IMG/VR virus record: IMGVR_UViG_3300028591_000091 | From: an uncultured virus (IMG/VR IMGVR_UViG_3300028591_000091) | Lineage: Duplodnaviria; Heunggongvirae; Uroviricota; Caudoviricetes | DNA: 64,000 bases | Reading direction: 5' to 3' (one strand) | Shown: piece after piece, positions 63,318 through 64,000 of the stretch | Layout: each line of letters opens with the position of its first letter | Position numbering within the stretch: the first letter of the stretch is position 1 | Notes under the pieces: generated by a model | What the model saw: the letters and a program-made list of their open reading frames with translations, nothing else | What the model was told of the DNA's origin: nothing | The model's database searches: none | Translations under genes and position numbers: made by a program

Positions 63318-64000
63318 ATGAAAATAGAAAAACCGAAAGTAGAGATGCTAGTACAAGAACCTGGCATACTCGGAATGTATCGTTTTATTGAGAGAGCTGG
63401 TAGAATTGCTTATAAAACGGAAGATAGAATAACGGATGATTCTTGGTCACGTTTTTTAAAGATGTTACGTGAAAGAGGACATTGGGCAGTATTCAATCAG
63501 GGAACTGTTTATCTTCGTTTTAATCCTGCCTCTCATATGGAAGAGTGGAGAAAACTGAAAGAGACAAAGCCTTGGACGAAATGGACTAAGGATTCAGACT
63601 GGGTAAATGTAACAACCGATTATCGTATTATCTTACAACTGGGATTAGAGCAGTTTATGGAGAATAACTGGGAAGAACCAGACTCAAGTTTTTATCGTCG
63701 AGTAGGATCTTATTGGTCTTGTTCTCGTGCTACTTCTCATCAGCTAGTTCGTCATCGTCTTTATAATTTTTTAATGGCTAGTCAACGCTATTGTAATTAT
63801 AGTAAAGATAAGTTTGGTGGAGAACTTACTTATATTCTTCCGCAATGGATTTATCGAGTGAGGGATGATATTGGTAATACGATAGATCCTGTTACTCTTG
63901 AGTCTAGGAAGTGGATTCTTAGGCTTGATGGAGATAAACTTTGGGATGAACTTACCTTGTGGGATCGAACTGTATCTGGTCATGATAATATCTGGAAAGC
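63318..64000 (+). CDS. thyX: FAD-dependent thymidylate synthase, runs off the window end
   Basis: Not in the ORF track; IERAGRIAYK, RGHWAVF, SRATSHQLVRHRLYNFLMASQRY (RHRx7S motif). Confidence 0.92.
   Translation, partial: MKIEKPKVEMLVQEPGILGMYRFIERAGRIAYKTEDRITDDSWSRFLKMLRERGHWAVFNQGTVYLRFNPASHMEEWRKLKETKPWTKWTKDSDWVNVTTDYRIILQLGLEQFMENNWEEPDSSFYRRVGSYWSCSRATSHQLVRHRLYNFLMASQRYCNYSKDKFGGELTYILPQWIYRVRDDIGNTIDPVTLESRKWILRLDGDKLWDELTLWDRTVSGHDNIWK

Noticed and set aside
687..63983. Many short opposite-strand ORFs in the track (e.g. 687..878, 2719..2970, 8821..9195, 41818..42219, 63771..63983)
   Set aside because: Antisense to well-supported genes, atypical composition and no promoter motif

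Overview
AT-rich, gene-dense segment of a large, probably jumbo, dsDNA phage using the standard genetic code. A Bacteroidota host is inferred from TAnnT(A/T)TG-like promoters and the general lack of Shine-Dalgarno sequences. Recognisable genes: an NAD-salvage operon (pncA, nadE, half-size pnuC-like), a nucleotidyltransferase, a PD-(D/E)XK nuclease with a class-3 mini-intein, formyltransferase, several phosphoesterases, Hsp20, a 3D-domain protein, thyX (partial) and three tRNAs. A family-A DNA polymerase is split by four ORF-less group I introns; I reconstructed five exons by hand, giving 1186 aa. The most unusual signals are non-coding: (i) a tandem array of promoter + variable segment + conserved GNRA hairpin mini-transcripts at 57.5-58.1 kb; (ii) a ~310-nt structured RNA with periodic AAG repeats directly after a coiled-coil gene at 38.2-39.1 kb; (iii) two distant SF2-helicase-like paralogues, each preceded by the same covarying structured element; (iv) further orphan structured RNAs near the tRNAs and at 36.1-36.6 kb. 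All calls come from reading the sequence by eye; no searches or folding programs were run.
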